Source of the DNA: Lachnospiraceae bacterium
GTDB taxonomy: Bacteria; Bacillota; Clostridia; Lachnospirales; Lachnospiraceae
Assembly (NCBI GenBank): GCA_017468395.1
Contig: JAFUIR010000008.1
Location: forward strand, 5,980 to 69,979
DNA: 64,000 nt
Direction of reading: 5' to 3'
The notes below the pieces were generated by a model that saw only the letters and a program-made list of their open reading frames with translations, made no database searches and was not told where the DNA came from. Positions 47,791-57,113 of this stretch are shown here, piece by piece. Both the position numbers and the translations under genes were made by a program. The stretch's first letter is position 1. Every line of letters starts with the position of its first letter.

Positions 47791-50350
47791 AGGGGCTTTT
47801 ATAAGTATTGTGAATATGAGCCTGACGGCAACAGTGGCAATCTTGGCGGTTTTATTAGCGAGAACGATGCTGCGCAGAGCGCCGAAGATTTTTTCCTACA
47901 TACTGTGGGTGGTGGTACTGTTCCGTCTGGTTTGTCCGGTTTCTTTTACCGCGGACTTTTCCATTTATAGTTTGTTGCCTGTTTCAGTTTTGCAACAAAC
48001 CGGAGAAATCCGTCAGGAAAGTGTGAACAGACCTTATGGGGATAATATGGATTTTGTGCAAATCATAGATGGACTGTCTGTACAAGAAGAGCCGCATCTA
48101 AATACTATAGGTAGTGATGCAGCGGAAAATTTAGTGACCGGCAAAGAGGCACAAAGCCAGATGCTGAGTGCGCAGGAAAACCCCAAGAGTCCTGCAGAGT
48201 TGTTTATGCAAATCGGAAGTATTGTTTGGCTTTCAGGCGTGGGGATTTTGGTATTATATAGTTTTGTGACATTTGTGTCACTTAAGAAAAGCCTTAGGAA
48301 CGCAGTACATGTGCGGGACAATGTATATACAACATACAACCTGATAACTCCCTTTGTATGCGGTGTTATCCGTCCACGGATTTATTTGCCCGCAGGACTT
48401 AGGGAAGAGGAAAAAAGATACATTTTGCTGCACGAGCAGATACATATCAGAAGAGGCGACCATCTGGTGAAACTTATGAGTTTCGCGGCGCTTTGCCTGC
48501 ATTGGTTTAATCCGTTTGCATGGCTGGCTTTTTTCCTTAGTGGGAAAGACATGGAGATGTCCTGTGACGAGGCTGTTATCCGAAAACTGGGTAGCGGTGT
48601 GAAAAAAGAGTATTCGTCCTCTCTTTTGGCACTGGCTACGGGCAGGCGGATTATCAGCGGTGTACCCTTGGCCTTTGGCGAGGGTGACACCGGCTCCCGC
48701 ATTAAGAATGTGCTCCGATATAAAAAACCGGCGGTGATTCTGGTGGGCGTGGCAACAGTGCTACTTATCGTGATGTGCGGTATGCTTTTGGCGAATCCCG
48801 CTGCAAAGGATAACCAAGACCTTAAATGGGGTCAGACCGCCATGTATGGGGTAATTGTGGAAGTGGATGTGCTTGGCGACGGAACGCTTCAACAGGTAGT
48901 GAGTATTCCCGGAAACGGCGAAGTAGAGATACCAAAGGCAAAAGAAGTGGTGTCTTATGTGGATAAGAAAAATTTTCGGGGCTTAGAGACAGGAGATGTG
49001 GTCCGCATTGTGTTCTCCTGGGGGAAAGATACTTCTATTATGGAGACTTATCCCGGTAGATTTTCTGTAGAAGCAGAAAAAATTGAGGTGTACGCAAAAG
49101 GCTACAGTCTGGCTTATCAAGGCCAAAATAAATATCATTTTACCATACCTGCATCAGAAATTCCCGGCTGGGAAGAAGCGGTAGCGGGAGATATGTTGAC
49201 CATTTATGATAAAGCTTACCTTTCCGGCGAGGAGTCGGAGGCTTTGGTAGAGGCGAAGGTGCTGACCGTCACAGAAGCGGAGGAATCCGGTGATGCAGCC
49301 TTTATAGCAGAGGTGGCTATGCAGGATATGGGTAAGGTGTTACAGGCCTTCCCTTACGGCGTGACCTATTCTGTCGGCAAAATACCTTGGTATGAGGCTT
49401 CCAACGGCACCTACTTTCTGGAGATATTGGAGTATTCCAAAGAAGACAAAACCATTGAGAAATATAGGTGGTTAAATAGGGATGATAAAGAGGAGAGAGA
49501 AATAAGTACGGATGAGCCCATTTACATTGGGGACTGTCATATTGGTCTGTATGAAGGAATACAGGAAATAGAGAATGTTTACTATGAAAAGAATCTGACC
49601 AAATTCGTCCGCTGTATGGAACTTGGCTCCGAGGAAGTACCTAAAATGTGCTTAATCGATATTTGGGACGGAAAGGTAGACCATGTTGGGCTGATGGAAC
49701 CCTATGCGGGCGTGGGAATCCGGACCGGACAAGCAGCCTATAGAAATGTGGGTGCAGGAGAAGATACATGGTATGAAGATATTCGGCAGTTAGAAGGAGA
49801 AGATGTGCTGGATAAATATTATACACTTGCCCATACAGAAAGTTTGAATGTGGCTACAGAGCCCGGCGATGAACTGATAGAAGTTTATACCGGAAACATC
49901 GGAGACGGAGACAGCGGAGTGGTATTGTTTAAAGATGTGGATGGTAATCTGCTGCATGACCTTTCAGCCCATACCGCCAGAGCGGGTTGGAATAATATTT
50001 ATGTGGGCACCATAGGAAGTGAGACTTCCGGAAAATATGGTAAGGATACTTCTTTTATTATGATAGTCCATATTGAGAACCGGGATACTTATGGCGAATA
50101 TAGTTATGCATTATATAAACTGACAAAGGATGGAAAATCCTATATGGAAATGTCCTCCTTTACCTTCGGGGAACCCTATGAATATGATGAGGAATATTTT
50201 AAACAATGGGTAAATGGTTTGGAATATTATCTTGTTAACAGTCATTTGCTTCTCAGTACACAGGATGGAGAAGTCCGCACCGGTTGGGTAAATGATGTGG
50301 TAAGATACAATTATGAAACCCTCCGCCCTACGGGAGTGATAACAAAGTAA
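47783..50350 (+). CDS. BlaR1-type M56 receptor with a large non-penicillin-binding ectodomain
   Basis: HEQIH, HWFNPFAW, EMSCDE, RIKNVL, TM, then about 500 aa with no SxxK. Confidence 0.88.
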   Translation: MIEGAFISIVNMSLTATVAILAVLLARTMLRRAPKIFSYILWVVVLFRLVCPVSFTADFSIYSLLPVSVLQQTGEIRQESVNRPYGDNMDFVQIIDGLSVQEEPHLNTIGSDAAENLVTGKEAQSQMLSAQENPKSPAELFMQIGSIVWLSGVGILVLYSFVTFVSLKKSLRNAVHVRDNVYTTYNLITPFVCGVIRPRIYLPAGLREEEKRYILLHEQIHIRRGDHLVKLMSFAALCLHWFNPFAWLAFFLSGKDMEMSCDEAVIRKLGSGVKKEYSSSLLALATGRRIISGVPLAFGEGDTGSRIKNVLRYKKPAVILVGVATVLLIVMCGMLLANPAAKDNQDLKWGQTAMYGVIVEVDVLGDGTLQQVVSIPGNGEVEIPKAKEVVSYVDKKNFRGLETGDVVRIVFSWGKDTSIMETYPGRFSVEAEKIEVYAKGYSLAYQGQNKYHFTIPASEIPGWEEAVAGDMLTIYDKAYLSGEESEALVEAKVLTVTEAEESGDAAFIAEVAMQDMGKVLQAFPYGVTYSVGKIPWYEASNGTYFLEILEYSKEDKTIEKYRWLNRDDKEEREISTDEPIYIGDCHIGLYEGIQEIENVYYEKNLTKFVRCMELGSEEVPKMCLIDIWDGKVDHVGLMEPYAGVGIRTGQAAYRNVGAGEDTWYEDIRQLEGEDVLDKYYTLAHTESLNVATEPGDELIEVYTGNIGDGDSGVVLFKDVDGNLLHDLSAHTARAGWNNIYVGTIGSETSGKYGKDTSFIMIVHIENRDTYGEYSYALYKLTKDGKSYMEMSSFTFGEPYEYDEEYFKQWVNGLEYYLVNSHLLLSTQDGEVRTGWVNDVVRYNYETLRPTGVITK

Positions 50351-50380
50351 ATAGGAAATGTGTTTTGGTGCAAAAGGAAA

Positions 50381-50410
50381 AATTCCGGGATGAGTGTCCC
50401 GGATTTTTTT
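50381..50410 (+). terminator. Intrinsic terminator
   Basis: TCCGGGAT-GAGT-GTCCCGGA followed by a T run. Confidence 0.8.
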
Positions 50411-50521
50411 CTCATTTCCCCTCTGTTTGTCAAAAATATTAAGAAATATGTAAAATATAGTTGACAAAATGTCGCAAGGGATGTATTGTGAACGTACAAA
50501 GTAAAAATGTGAGGTGGCAAA

Positions 50522-51544
50522 ATGAAAAAGAAAATATTAATTGTATCCGTTGCCGTTGTGGCAATATTAGCGATATTCGGGTTTATGGCATATTTTTTAA
50601 CAGACAAATATGTTATGGAGATGGAATTTGAAAAGGAAATCTCGGTTGTAGACAGTATTGTGCAGCAGGAAGAGGAAATGTACCAAATTGAGATTCCAAA
50701 AGATGGTAGTTATCTGTTCCATGCCAAGTGGGAGACAAATCCGGAAGGATTTATAACCGGTTGCCAAATTATCAGTGAAAGTGGAGAAGTGGTTTTTTGG
50801 TCAACAGCAGACTGGTGTGACATGTACTCGAATCCCATTGAAATGAAGAAGGGAACCTATACAGTGGCATTTTTCTTTATCACAAACGATGAGCAGTGGG
50901 ATTCGTTTTTTAAAGAAGCAAAGGTTGAAGATGAGTTGTGGAATGTTCCTCCTGATTTGAATTATGATTTTGTGTCTGACGGTACGTTTACTGCCCACTA
51001 TGAATTCGACCTGAAAGAGGAAAAACCCATTCGGGGAGTTGCCGTTGTATGCGGAATGTTGATGGGGTGTATATTGATAGTAATTATGGTAGCGTTGGCC
51101 CAAAAAGGCGAAGGCATTAAAGCGAAATATGATGAGAGGCAAGAGTTAGTCCGTGGAAGAGGATTTAAATATGCATTTTTTAGTATGCTTATCCTGAATA
51201 TTGTATTTTTCGGGCTGGGAGCAGCAGAAGTAACAATTCCCATGGATGCGGGTATTGCTTCGATGCTTAGTGCTCTTTTGGGTGCTTGTGTCTATGCATC
51301 TTATTGTGTTTGGAATGACGGATACTTTGCATTGAATCAAAGATTAGGTATGGTTATGATATTTCTTATCATCATGGGTATTTTGAATTTGGTTTTGGGT
51401 ATCAATGCCTTTGTGGAGGGCAGGGCTTGGTATAACGGCGAATTAACTTTCCACAGTATCAATCTGTTTTGTGCTATTATTATGTTAGTGATTTTCGGAA
51501 CCATGCTTCTGAAAAAAATCGTCAGGGATGGAAAGGAAGAGTAG
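50522..51544 (+). CDS. Membrane protein (N-terminal anchor, beta-sandwich-like ectodomain, C-terminal multi-TM YDERQ domain)
   Basis: KYDERQELVRGRGFKYAF followed by 4 TMs; adjacent to an XRE gene; sigma-A promoter TTGACA at 50461. Confidence 0.75.
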   Translation: MKKKILIVSVAVVAILAIFGFMAYFLTDKYVMEMEFEKEISVVDSIVQQEEEMYQIEIPKDGSYLFHAKWETNPEGFITGCQIISESGEVVFWSTADWCDMYSNPIEMKKGTYTVAFFFITNDEQWDSFFKEAKVEDELWNVPPDLNYDFVSDGTFTAHYEFDLKEEKPIRGVAVVCGMLMGCILIVIMVALAQKGEGIKAKYDERQELVRGRGFKYAFFSMLILNIVFFGLGAAEVTIPMDAGIASMLSALLGACVYASYCVWNDGYFALNQRLGMVMIFLIIMGILNLVLGINAFVEGRAWYNGELTFHSINLFCAIIMLVIFGTMLLKKIVRDGKEE

Positions 51545-51545
51545 G

Positions 51546-51752
51546 ATGAAAAATTTGAAGTTAAAATCGGCCAGGGCAGCATTGGACTTGTCCCAGCAGG
51601 ATTTGGCGGAAAAGGTCGGCGTATCACGTCAGACCATAAATGCCATCGAAAAGGGAGATTACAATCCTACCATCAATTTATGCCGGGCTATTTGTAAAGT
51701 ACTTGGAAAAACATTGGATGAACTGTTCGGAGAAGAGGAAGAGACCTGCTAG
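51546..51752 (+). CDS. XRE/Cro family HTH regulator
   Basis: LSQQDLAEKVGVSRQTINAIEKGDYNP. Confidence 0.92.
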   Translation: MKNLKLKSARAALDLSQQDLAEKVGVSRQTINAIEKGDYNPTINLCRAICKVLGKTLDELFGEEEETC

Positions 51753-51767
51753 TGCGGGTCTCTTTTT
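51739..51767 (+). terminator. Intrinsic terminator overlapping the stop codon
   Basis: AAGAGACC...GGTCTCTTTTT. Confidence 0.7.
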
Positions 51768-51823
51768 GCGTGAACGAATTAAATTTTTTAAATTTTATGG
51801 GCCAAATTCGGGTTTCAATAAAT

Positions 51824-51913
51824 ATTTATCGAAAATCAATAAAAATATATTGACTTTCGATTTCGAAGGTGGTATATTCGAGTCAAGCGAAATGGTAGAT
51901 GCTACCATTTCGC
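51824..51913 (+). promoter_or_regulatory. Promoter, upstream imperfect palindrome and leader hairpin of the DUF2975 operon
   Basis: TTTATCG-N5-CAATAAA (51825-43); TTGACT-N17-TATATT; GCGAAATGGTAG-ATG-CTACCATTTCGC (51887-913). Confidence 0.6.
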
Positions 51914-51935
51914 ATATGGCAGGAGGACGTGAAGG

Positions 51936-52385
51936 ATGAAAAAAGAAACAGTGACAAAGATTACAAAGTGGCTTATGGATTTTATGTTTTTTGCAGGAAT
52001 CATAGTGACACTGACTTTGCCCTTATCCATTAAATGGGTGGGACAGTACGTGGAAGGCTTTGCAGAACATTATGCAGAGATAGTAGTGATTTATTTTATC
52101 TTGGGTATTTTGGCAGTGTTGATTATCGGGGAACTGCGGAAAATGTTCCGTACGGTTGTGGCAGACGATTGTTTTGTCTATGAAAATGTGGTGAGCCTTC
52201 AGCGCATGGGAACCTACAGTTTTGTCATTGCACTGATGGCACTGGTGAGAAGTATTGTCTACATGACACCGGCCATGGGAGTAGTGATTTTGGTATTCAT
52301 CATAGCAGGCCTTTTCAGTAAGGTGTTATCCTTTGTGTTTGACAAGGCTGTGCAATACAAAGACGAAAATGATTTGACAATTTAG
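51936..52385 (+). CDS. DUF2975 membrane protein
   Basis: Four TMs, FVYENVVSL, C-terminal KAVQYKDENDLTI. Confidence 0.85.
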   Translation: MKKETVTKITKWLMDFMFFAGIIVTLTLPLSIKWVGQYVEGFAEHYAEIVVIYFILGILAVLIIGELRKMFRTVVADDCFVYENVVSLQRMGTYSFVIALMALVRSIVYMTPAMGVVILVFIIAGLFSKVLSFVFDKAVQYKDENDLTI

Positions 52386-52394
52386 GAGGCGGTT

Positions 52395-52616
52395 ATGGCG
52401 ATTATTATTAATTTAGACGTTGTAATGGCACAGCGCAAAAAAGGTCTGACGGAATTGGCGGGAGAAGTGGATATCACGCTGGCAAATCTTTCCATATTGA
52501 AAAATAACAAAGCGAAAGCGGTGCGTCTTTCCACTTTAGATGCCATTTGTAAGGCACTGAATTGTCAGCCGGGGGATATTTTGCAATATGTGCCGGATGA
52601 AGAGATTGAGGAATAG
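52395..52616 (+). CDS. XRE-family regulator (YozG/HTH_26-like)
   Basis: ITLANLSILKNNKAKAVRLSTLDAICKALNCQPGDIL. Confidence 0.92.
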   Translation: MAIIINLDVVMAQRKKGLTELAGEVDITLANLSILKNNKAKAVRLSTLDAICKALNCQPGDILQYVPDEEIEE

Positions 52617-52654
52617 ATACCGGAAAGAACCGGAGATTAGAAAGGAGATTAATA

Positions 52655-54136
52655 ATGGATGGAATGAATATGGTAAAACCGGAGACGAGGCAATCATGCC
52701 TTCGACGGGAGAAGTTTGGGCACTTAGGAGTGGTCACGGGGATTTATGCGCTTTTTTACACCCTTTGCATGTACCGTAACACCGCAGGAGTTACTTACCC
52801 TTTTTTTATCGCAGGAAGTCTCTTCTTTTTCTGCTACTGTATGCGAAAACTAGAGATTACTATAAAAAGAGGGAGCACCTTTTACATGGGGGCGATGATA
52901 CTTCTGGGGATTTCAACGGTGTGCACTGCTGATGGGCGCATCGTTTTTTTTAACCATTTGGGAGTGCTTTTACTCATGATTAGTTTCTTGCTGCACCAGT
53001 TTTACGATGACAGTAAGTGGGGATTTGGGAAGTATTTGGCGTCCATGATTGCTACGCTCTTTGGAAGCATTGGAGAGGTGACAAAGCCTTTTACGGATTT
53101 TATGCATTACCGTAGCCGGAATGGTAAAAAGAGTGGAAAAGGTATTTATGTTCTTGTTGGAGCATGTGTCTCGGTTCCTATGGTGTTGGTGGTTTGGTTC
53201 CTGCTCATGAGTGCGGACCGGGTGTTCATGGATATGTCCGAGGGGCTGTTTGATGCTATTAATCCGGACAATATCTTTGGTATGGTATGCAGTTTCGTGC
53301 TGATGTTTCTGGCGGCCTACGGTGTGCTGGCTTATTTGGGCGAAAAACACCTTGGCGAAGAAGTCAAAGAAGTGAAGCGGATGGAGAGCGCCCTGGCTAT
53401 TACGGTAATGGTGCCGCTGACCCTTCTCTATATTGTGTTCTGCGGTGTACAGGTATTTTGCCTTTTTCTTGGAAATGTAGAGTTGACCAATATGACTTAT
53501 GCAGAGTACGCAAGACAAGGATTTTTCCAGTTGCTCTTTATCTGCATACTGAATCTGATAATGGTGCTGGTGGGCAGACATTACTTCAAAGAAAGTAAAG
53601 TGTTAAAAGGAATTATGACAGTTGTGTCAGTATGTACCTACATTATGATTTTTTCCTCTGCCTTCCGCATGGTGCTTTATATCAAGCATTATTATCTGAC
53701 TTTCCTTCGAATATTGGTATTGTGGGCGTTAGCGGTGATATTTATGTTGCTGACGGGAGTGCTGATTAGCATTTATGTGCGGAAGTTTCCACTGTTTCGG
53801 TATGGGGTCATAGTGGTTTCGGTGTGCTATATTGCACTGTCGTTCTCGAAACCGGATTATTGGATTGCAACTTGTAATCTGGGTAATGTGGAGAAAGCGG
53901 AGGAAAGTTTCTTTGATGCGGATGCCTATCAGGATTACCGCTATTTGAGTGAACTTAGTGCCGATGCAGCACCGGCTATTTTGCCTTACCTTGAGGAAAA
54001 GGGGTACAATATTGCAGAGGGGACTTGGGGATATCGCTATCTGAAGGATTTGCGTGAAAGCGTAGAAGATATGAGTTTCCGTGAATGGAATTTTTCCAAG
54101 TATATGGCAGTGAAGAATTTGCAGCAGTATGAGTGA
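52655..54136 (+). CDS. DUF4153/DUF4173 membrane protein
   Basis: Multi-TM; LLMSAD..F, YAEYARQGFFQL, LTFLR, YLSELSADA. Confidence 0.85.
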   Translation: MDGMNMVKPETRQSCLRREKFGHLGVVTGIYALFYTLCMYRNTAGVTYPFFIAGSLFFFCYCMRKLEITIKRGSTFYMGAMILLGISTVCTADGRIVFFNHLGVLLLMISFLLHQFYDDSKWGFGKYLASMIATLFGSIGEVTKPFTDFMHYRSRNGKKSGKGIYVLVGACVSVPMVLVVWFLLMSADRVFMDMSEGLFDAINPDNIFGMVCSFVLMFLAAYGVLAYLGEKHLGEEVKEVKRMESALAITVMVPLTLLYIVFCGVQVFCLFLGNVELTNMTYAEYARQGFFQLLFICILNLIMVLVGRHYFKESKVLKGIMTVVSVCTYIMIFSSAFRMVLYIKHYYLTFLRILVLWALAVIFMLLTGVLISIYVRKFPLFRYGVIVVSVCYIALSFSKPDYWIATCNLGNVEKAEESFFDADAYQDYRYLSELSADAAPAILPYLEEKGYNIAEGTWGYRYLKDLRESVEDMSFREWNFSKYMAVKNLQQYE

Positions 54137-54204
54137 TGGAAGCAAACAGAATAAGAGACATAAGAAACCGCACGGTGCCAATGGTTGCATCGTGCGGTCT
54201 TTGC

Positions 54205-55761
54205 TTAGAATACCTTAGTGGTCCATTTGGTGCAGTCCCAGACCTGCGTTGCCAGTCCTTCATAAAATTCGGGTTCATGGCAAACCATAAGGATACTGCC
54301 CTTATATTCTTTTAACGCTCTTTTCAGTTCGTCTTTGGCATCCACGTCTAAGTGGTTGGTAGGCTCGTCCAAAAGAAGTACGTTTGTATCGCGGTTCATG
54401 AGTTTGCAGAGACGCACCTTTGCCTGCTCGCCACCGCTGAGTACTTTGACTTTGCTTTCGATGTGCTTAGTGGTCAGTCCGCATTTTGCCAGAGCAGAGC
54501 GTACTTCGTACTGGGTAAAACCGGGGAATTCTTTCCAGATTTCCTCGATGCAGGTAGTTTCGACGTCGGGGCTCATTTCTTGTTCAAAGTAACCGATGTA
54601 GAGGTAGTCGCCTTGCTCCACACCGCCGTCCAGTGGCTTAATCAGCCCAAGGATACTCTTAAGCAATGTGGTTTTTCCGATACCGTTGGCGCCGGTAAGG
54701 ACAATTTTTTCGCCCCGCTCCATTTCCAGATTCAAGGGCTTGGAAAGAGGCTCATTATAACCGATAATCAAATCTTTTGTCTGGAAAATGTATCTGCCGG
54801 GAGTGCGGGCCTCACGGAAGTTAAATTCCGGCTTGGGTTTTTCCGCAGCCAGTTCAATCACATCCATTTTATCCAATTTCTTCTGCCTGGACATAGCCAT
54901 GTTACGGGTGGAAACGCGGGCTTTATTGCGGGCCACAAAGTCTTTCAGGTCAGCGATTTCCTTTTGCTGTCTGTTGTACGCTGCTTCCAACTGGGACTTT
55001 TTCATAGCGTAAACTTCTTGAAATTTATCATAGTCGCCCACATAGCGGGTAAGTTGTCTGTTATCCATGTGATAAATCAAGTTGATAACGCTGTTTAAAA
55101 AAGGAATGTCGTGGGAAATCAAAATAAAAGCATTTTCATATTCATTTAAATATCTTTTCAGCCATTCGATGTGTTCCACGTCCAGATAGTTGGTAGGCTC
55201 GTCCAAAAGCAAAATGTCCGGTTTTTCCAAAAGGAGTTTTGCCAGGAGAACCTTGGTACGCTGTCCGCCGCTAAGTTCCGTGACATCCCGCTCCAAGCCT
55301 AAATCCGCAAGTCCGAGAGCCTTACTTACTTCCTCTACCTTTGCATCAATCATGTAAAAGTCGTGCATGGTAAGCAAATCCTGAATGGTTCCCAGTTCCT
55401 CCATGTAGGCTTCCAGTTCTTCGGGAGTGGCATCCCCCATCTTATCGCAAAGGTCATTCATGCGTTCTTCCATCTCGAAGAGAAACTGAAACGCGGAAGC
55501 CAGAACCTCCCGGATGGTCATACCTTTTTCAAGCACAGTATGCTGGTCCAAATATCCCACGCGGACATTTTTGGCCCATTCAATCTTTCCTTCGTCGGGC
55601 ATCAGTTTTCCGGTAATAATATTCATGAAAGTAGATTTTCCTTCTCCGTTGGCACCAATCAGACCGATATGTTCACCTTTCAGCAGACGGAAAGAAACGT
55701 CCTCAAAAATAGCGCGGTCACCAAAGCCGTGAGTCAGGTTTTCTACGTTTAATATGCTCAT
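54205..55761 (-). CDS. ABC-F ATPase (YfmM-like)
   Basis: Two ABC cassettes (GANGEGKST/LSGGQ/LLDEPTN; GANGIGKT/LSGGE), no TMs; RBS GGAGG before ATG 55761. Confidence 0.93.
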   Translation of the reverse strand: MSILNVENLTHGFGDRAIFEDVSFRLLKGEHIGLIGANGEGKSTFMNIITGKLMPDEGKIEWAKNVRVGYLDQHTVLEKGMTIREVLASAFQFLFEMEERMNDLCDKMGDATPEELEAYMEELGTIQDLLTMHDFYMIDAKVEEVSKALGLADLGLERDVTELSGGQRTKVLLAKLLLEKPDILLLDEPTNYLDVEHIEWLKRYLNEYENAFILISHDIPFLNSVINLIYHMDNRQLTRYVGDYDKFQEVYAMKKSQLEAAYNRQQKEIADLKDFVARNKARVSTRNMAMSRQKKLDKMDVIELAAEKPKPEFNFREARTPGRYIFQTKDLIIGYNEPLSKPLNLEMERGEKIVLTGANGIGKTTLLKSILGLIKPLDGGVEQGDYLYIGYFEQEMSPDVETTCIEEIWKEFPGFTQYEVRSALAKCGLTTKHIESKVKVLSGGEQAKVRLCKLMNRDTNVLLLDEPTNHLDVDAKDELKRALKEYKGSILMVCHEPEFYEGLATQVWDCTKWTTKVF

Positions 55762-55889
55762 GTGTAATTCCTCCGTAAATCCGCCATGTTGTACAATGGC
55801 ATGCACTTTATACTAACATAAAAGAAAGAAGATGTAAAACTCAAAAAAATAGTGTATAATCAATGCATTAAGTAGCAGGAGGCACCGGA

Positions 55890-56477
55890 ATGAATGTTGC
55901 AGGGCAGATGCAATTTAAAAATGCAGTAGAGCGGATACTTCATGTGCCGGGAAATTATACCGGCGGTATTTTGGAGATGGCGCTGGTTTGCGATTATCAT
56001 ATGCCGCAAGAACAGCTGTGCCAAATTTCCGCAGAATTGATAGATTGCCTGAAAAGGAATGGAGAAGTGTTCCGCAATGTGAGATTAAATCTGGTAAAGT
56101 GGGTAGATGATTCGCGGATTATCAAAGAAATCGTGCCCATGACTTATGTGCGGATGGGAAGGGTTTTTGAGGATTATGCCCTTTTATGTAGTAATTCAGG
56201 CGTGGTAAAAGGTGCGCTGGACATGGTAGGTCTCTCTGAAGTTGTGGAGGAAATTGTAAAAAGTCCTAAAACCATGCAGGAATTAACGAGGCAGTTAAAA
56301 CTTTTTTATGCCAGAAGCAAAGTGATTATTGTCATCACCGATGGCAGTTACGAAGTGGGAGATAAAGGAAAAACAAGAGAGAATTTACATCCTTTTTTAT
56401 ACCGTAAACTTCTCTTTTGCCAGAATGAAAAAGTAATTACGGGTATGGAGTGGATGAGAAATGAATGTAATATTTGA
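55890..56477 (+). CDS. Hypothetical protein, possibly a degenerate vWA-like fold
   Basis: EMALVCD strand and IIVITDG motif. Confidence 0.6.
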   Translation: MNVAGQMQFKNAVERILHVPGNYTGGILEMALVCDYHMPQEQLCQISAELIDCLKRNGEVFRNVRLNLVKWVDDSRIIKEIVPMTYVRMGRVFEDYALLCSNSGVVKGALDMVGLSEVVEEIVKSPKTMQELTRQLKLFYARSKVIIVITDGSYEVGDKGKTRENLHPFLYRKLLFCQNEKVITGMEWMRNECNI

Positions 56478-57111
56478 TATGGATGGCGTGCTCTTTGACA
56501 CGGAAAGAGTTTACGCTGAAATATATGAAGAGATAGCAAAAGAGTGGGGACTTGGCGATGTGCGGGAGGCAGTGCTTGGCTGTATCGGGCGAAATTCTAA
56601 TGACTCCAGACAGTTCTTTTTCCAATGCATGGGGCCGAATTTCCCTTATGATGAATATGTGGGGGAAACCATTGCCAGATACAAGGCGAGGGAGGCAAAA
56701 GAAGGTTTACCCATGAAAAAGGGAGTGGTAGAACTGCTTTCTTATTTGAAGCAGGAAAACTGTCACATCGGACTTGCCTCTTCCACAAGAAGAGAAAAAG
56801 TGCAGATGTATATAGAAAGAGCCGGCATTGCTGATTATTTTGAGGTAGTAATAGGCGGTGACATGGTGGAACATAGCAAGCCCCGGCCGGACATTTACCT
56901 GATAGCCTGCAAGGAACTGGGAAGCAAACCGGAGGAAACCTACGCTATTGAGGATTCTCCCAACGGAATCCGGGCAGCTTACGGTGCGGGAATGAAAGCC
57001 ATCATGGTGCCGGATATGATTCAGCCGGAAAAAGAAATCACAGAAATGACTTGCAACATATGTAGGGATTTGTTAGAAGTAAAGAACTACCTAAAGGAAG
57101 AGAGGATATAG
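56461..57111 (+). CDS. HAD-family phosphatase
   Basis: IFDMDGVLFDTE, LASST, KPRPDIY, IEDSPNG. Confidence 0.92.
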   Translation: MNVIFDMDGVLFDTERVYAEIYEEIAKEWGLGDVREAVLGCIGRNSNDSRQFFFQCMGPNFPYDEYVGETIARYKAREAKEGLPMKKGVVELLSYLKQENCHIGLASSTRREKVQMYIERAGIADYFEVVIGGDMVEHSKPRPDIYLIACKELGSKPEETYAIEDSPNGIRAAYGAGMKAIMVPDMIQPEKEITEMTCNICRDLLEVKNYLKEERI

Positions 57112-57113
57112 TT

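Noticed and set aside
40090-50350. Beta-lactam resistance (bla/mec) locus
   Set aside because: No beta-lactamase or PBP2a gene, and neither receptor has an SxxK penicillin-binding domain
54352-55098. 248-aa plus-strand ORF
   Set aside because: Antisense shadow of the ABC-F gene
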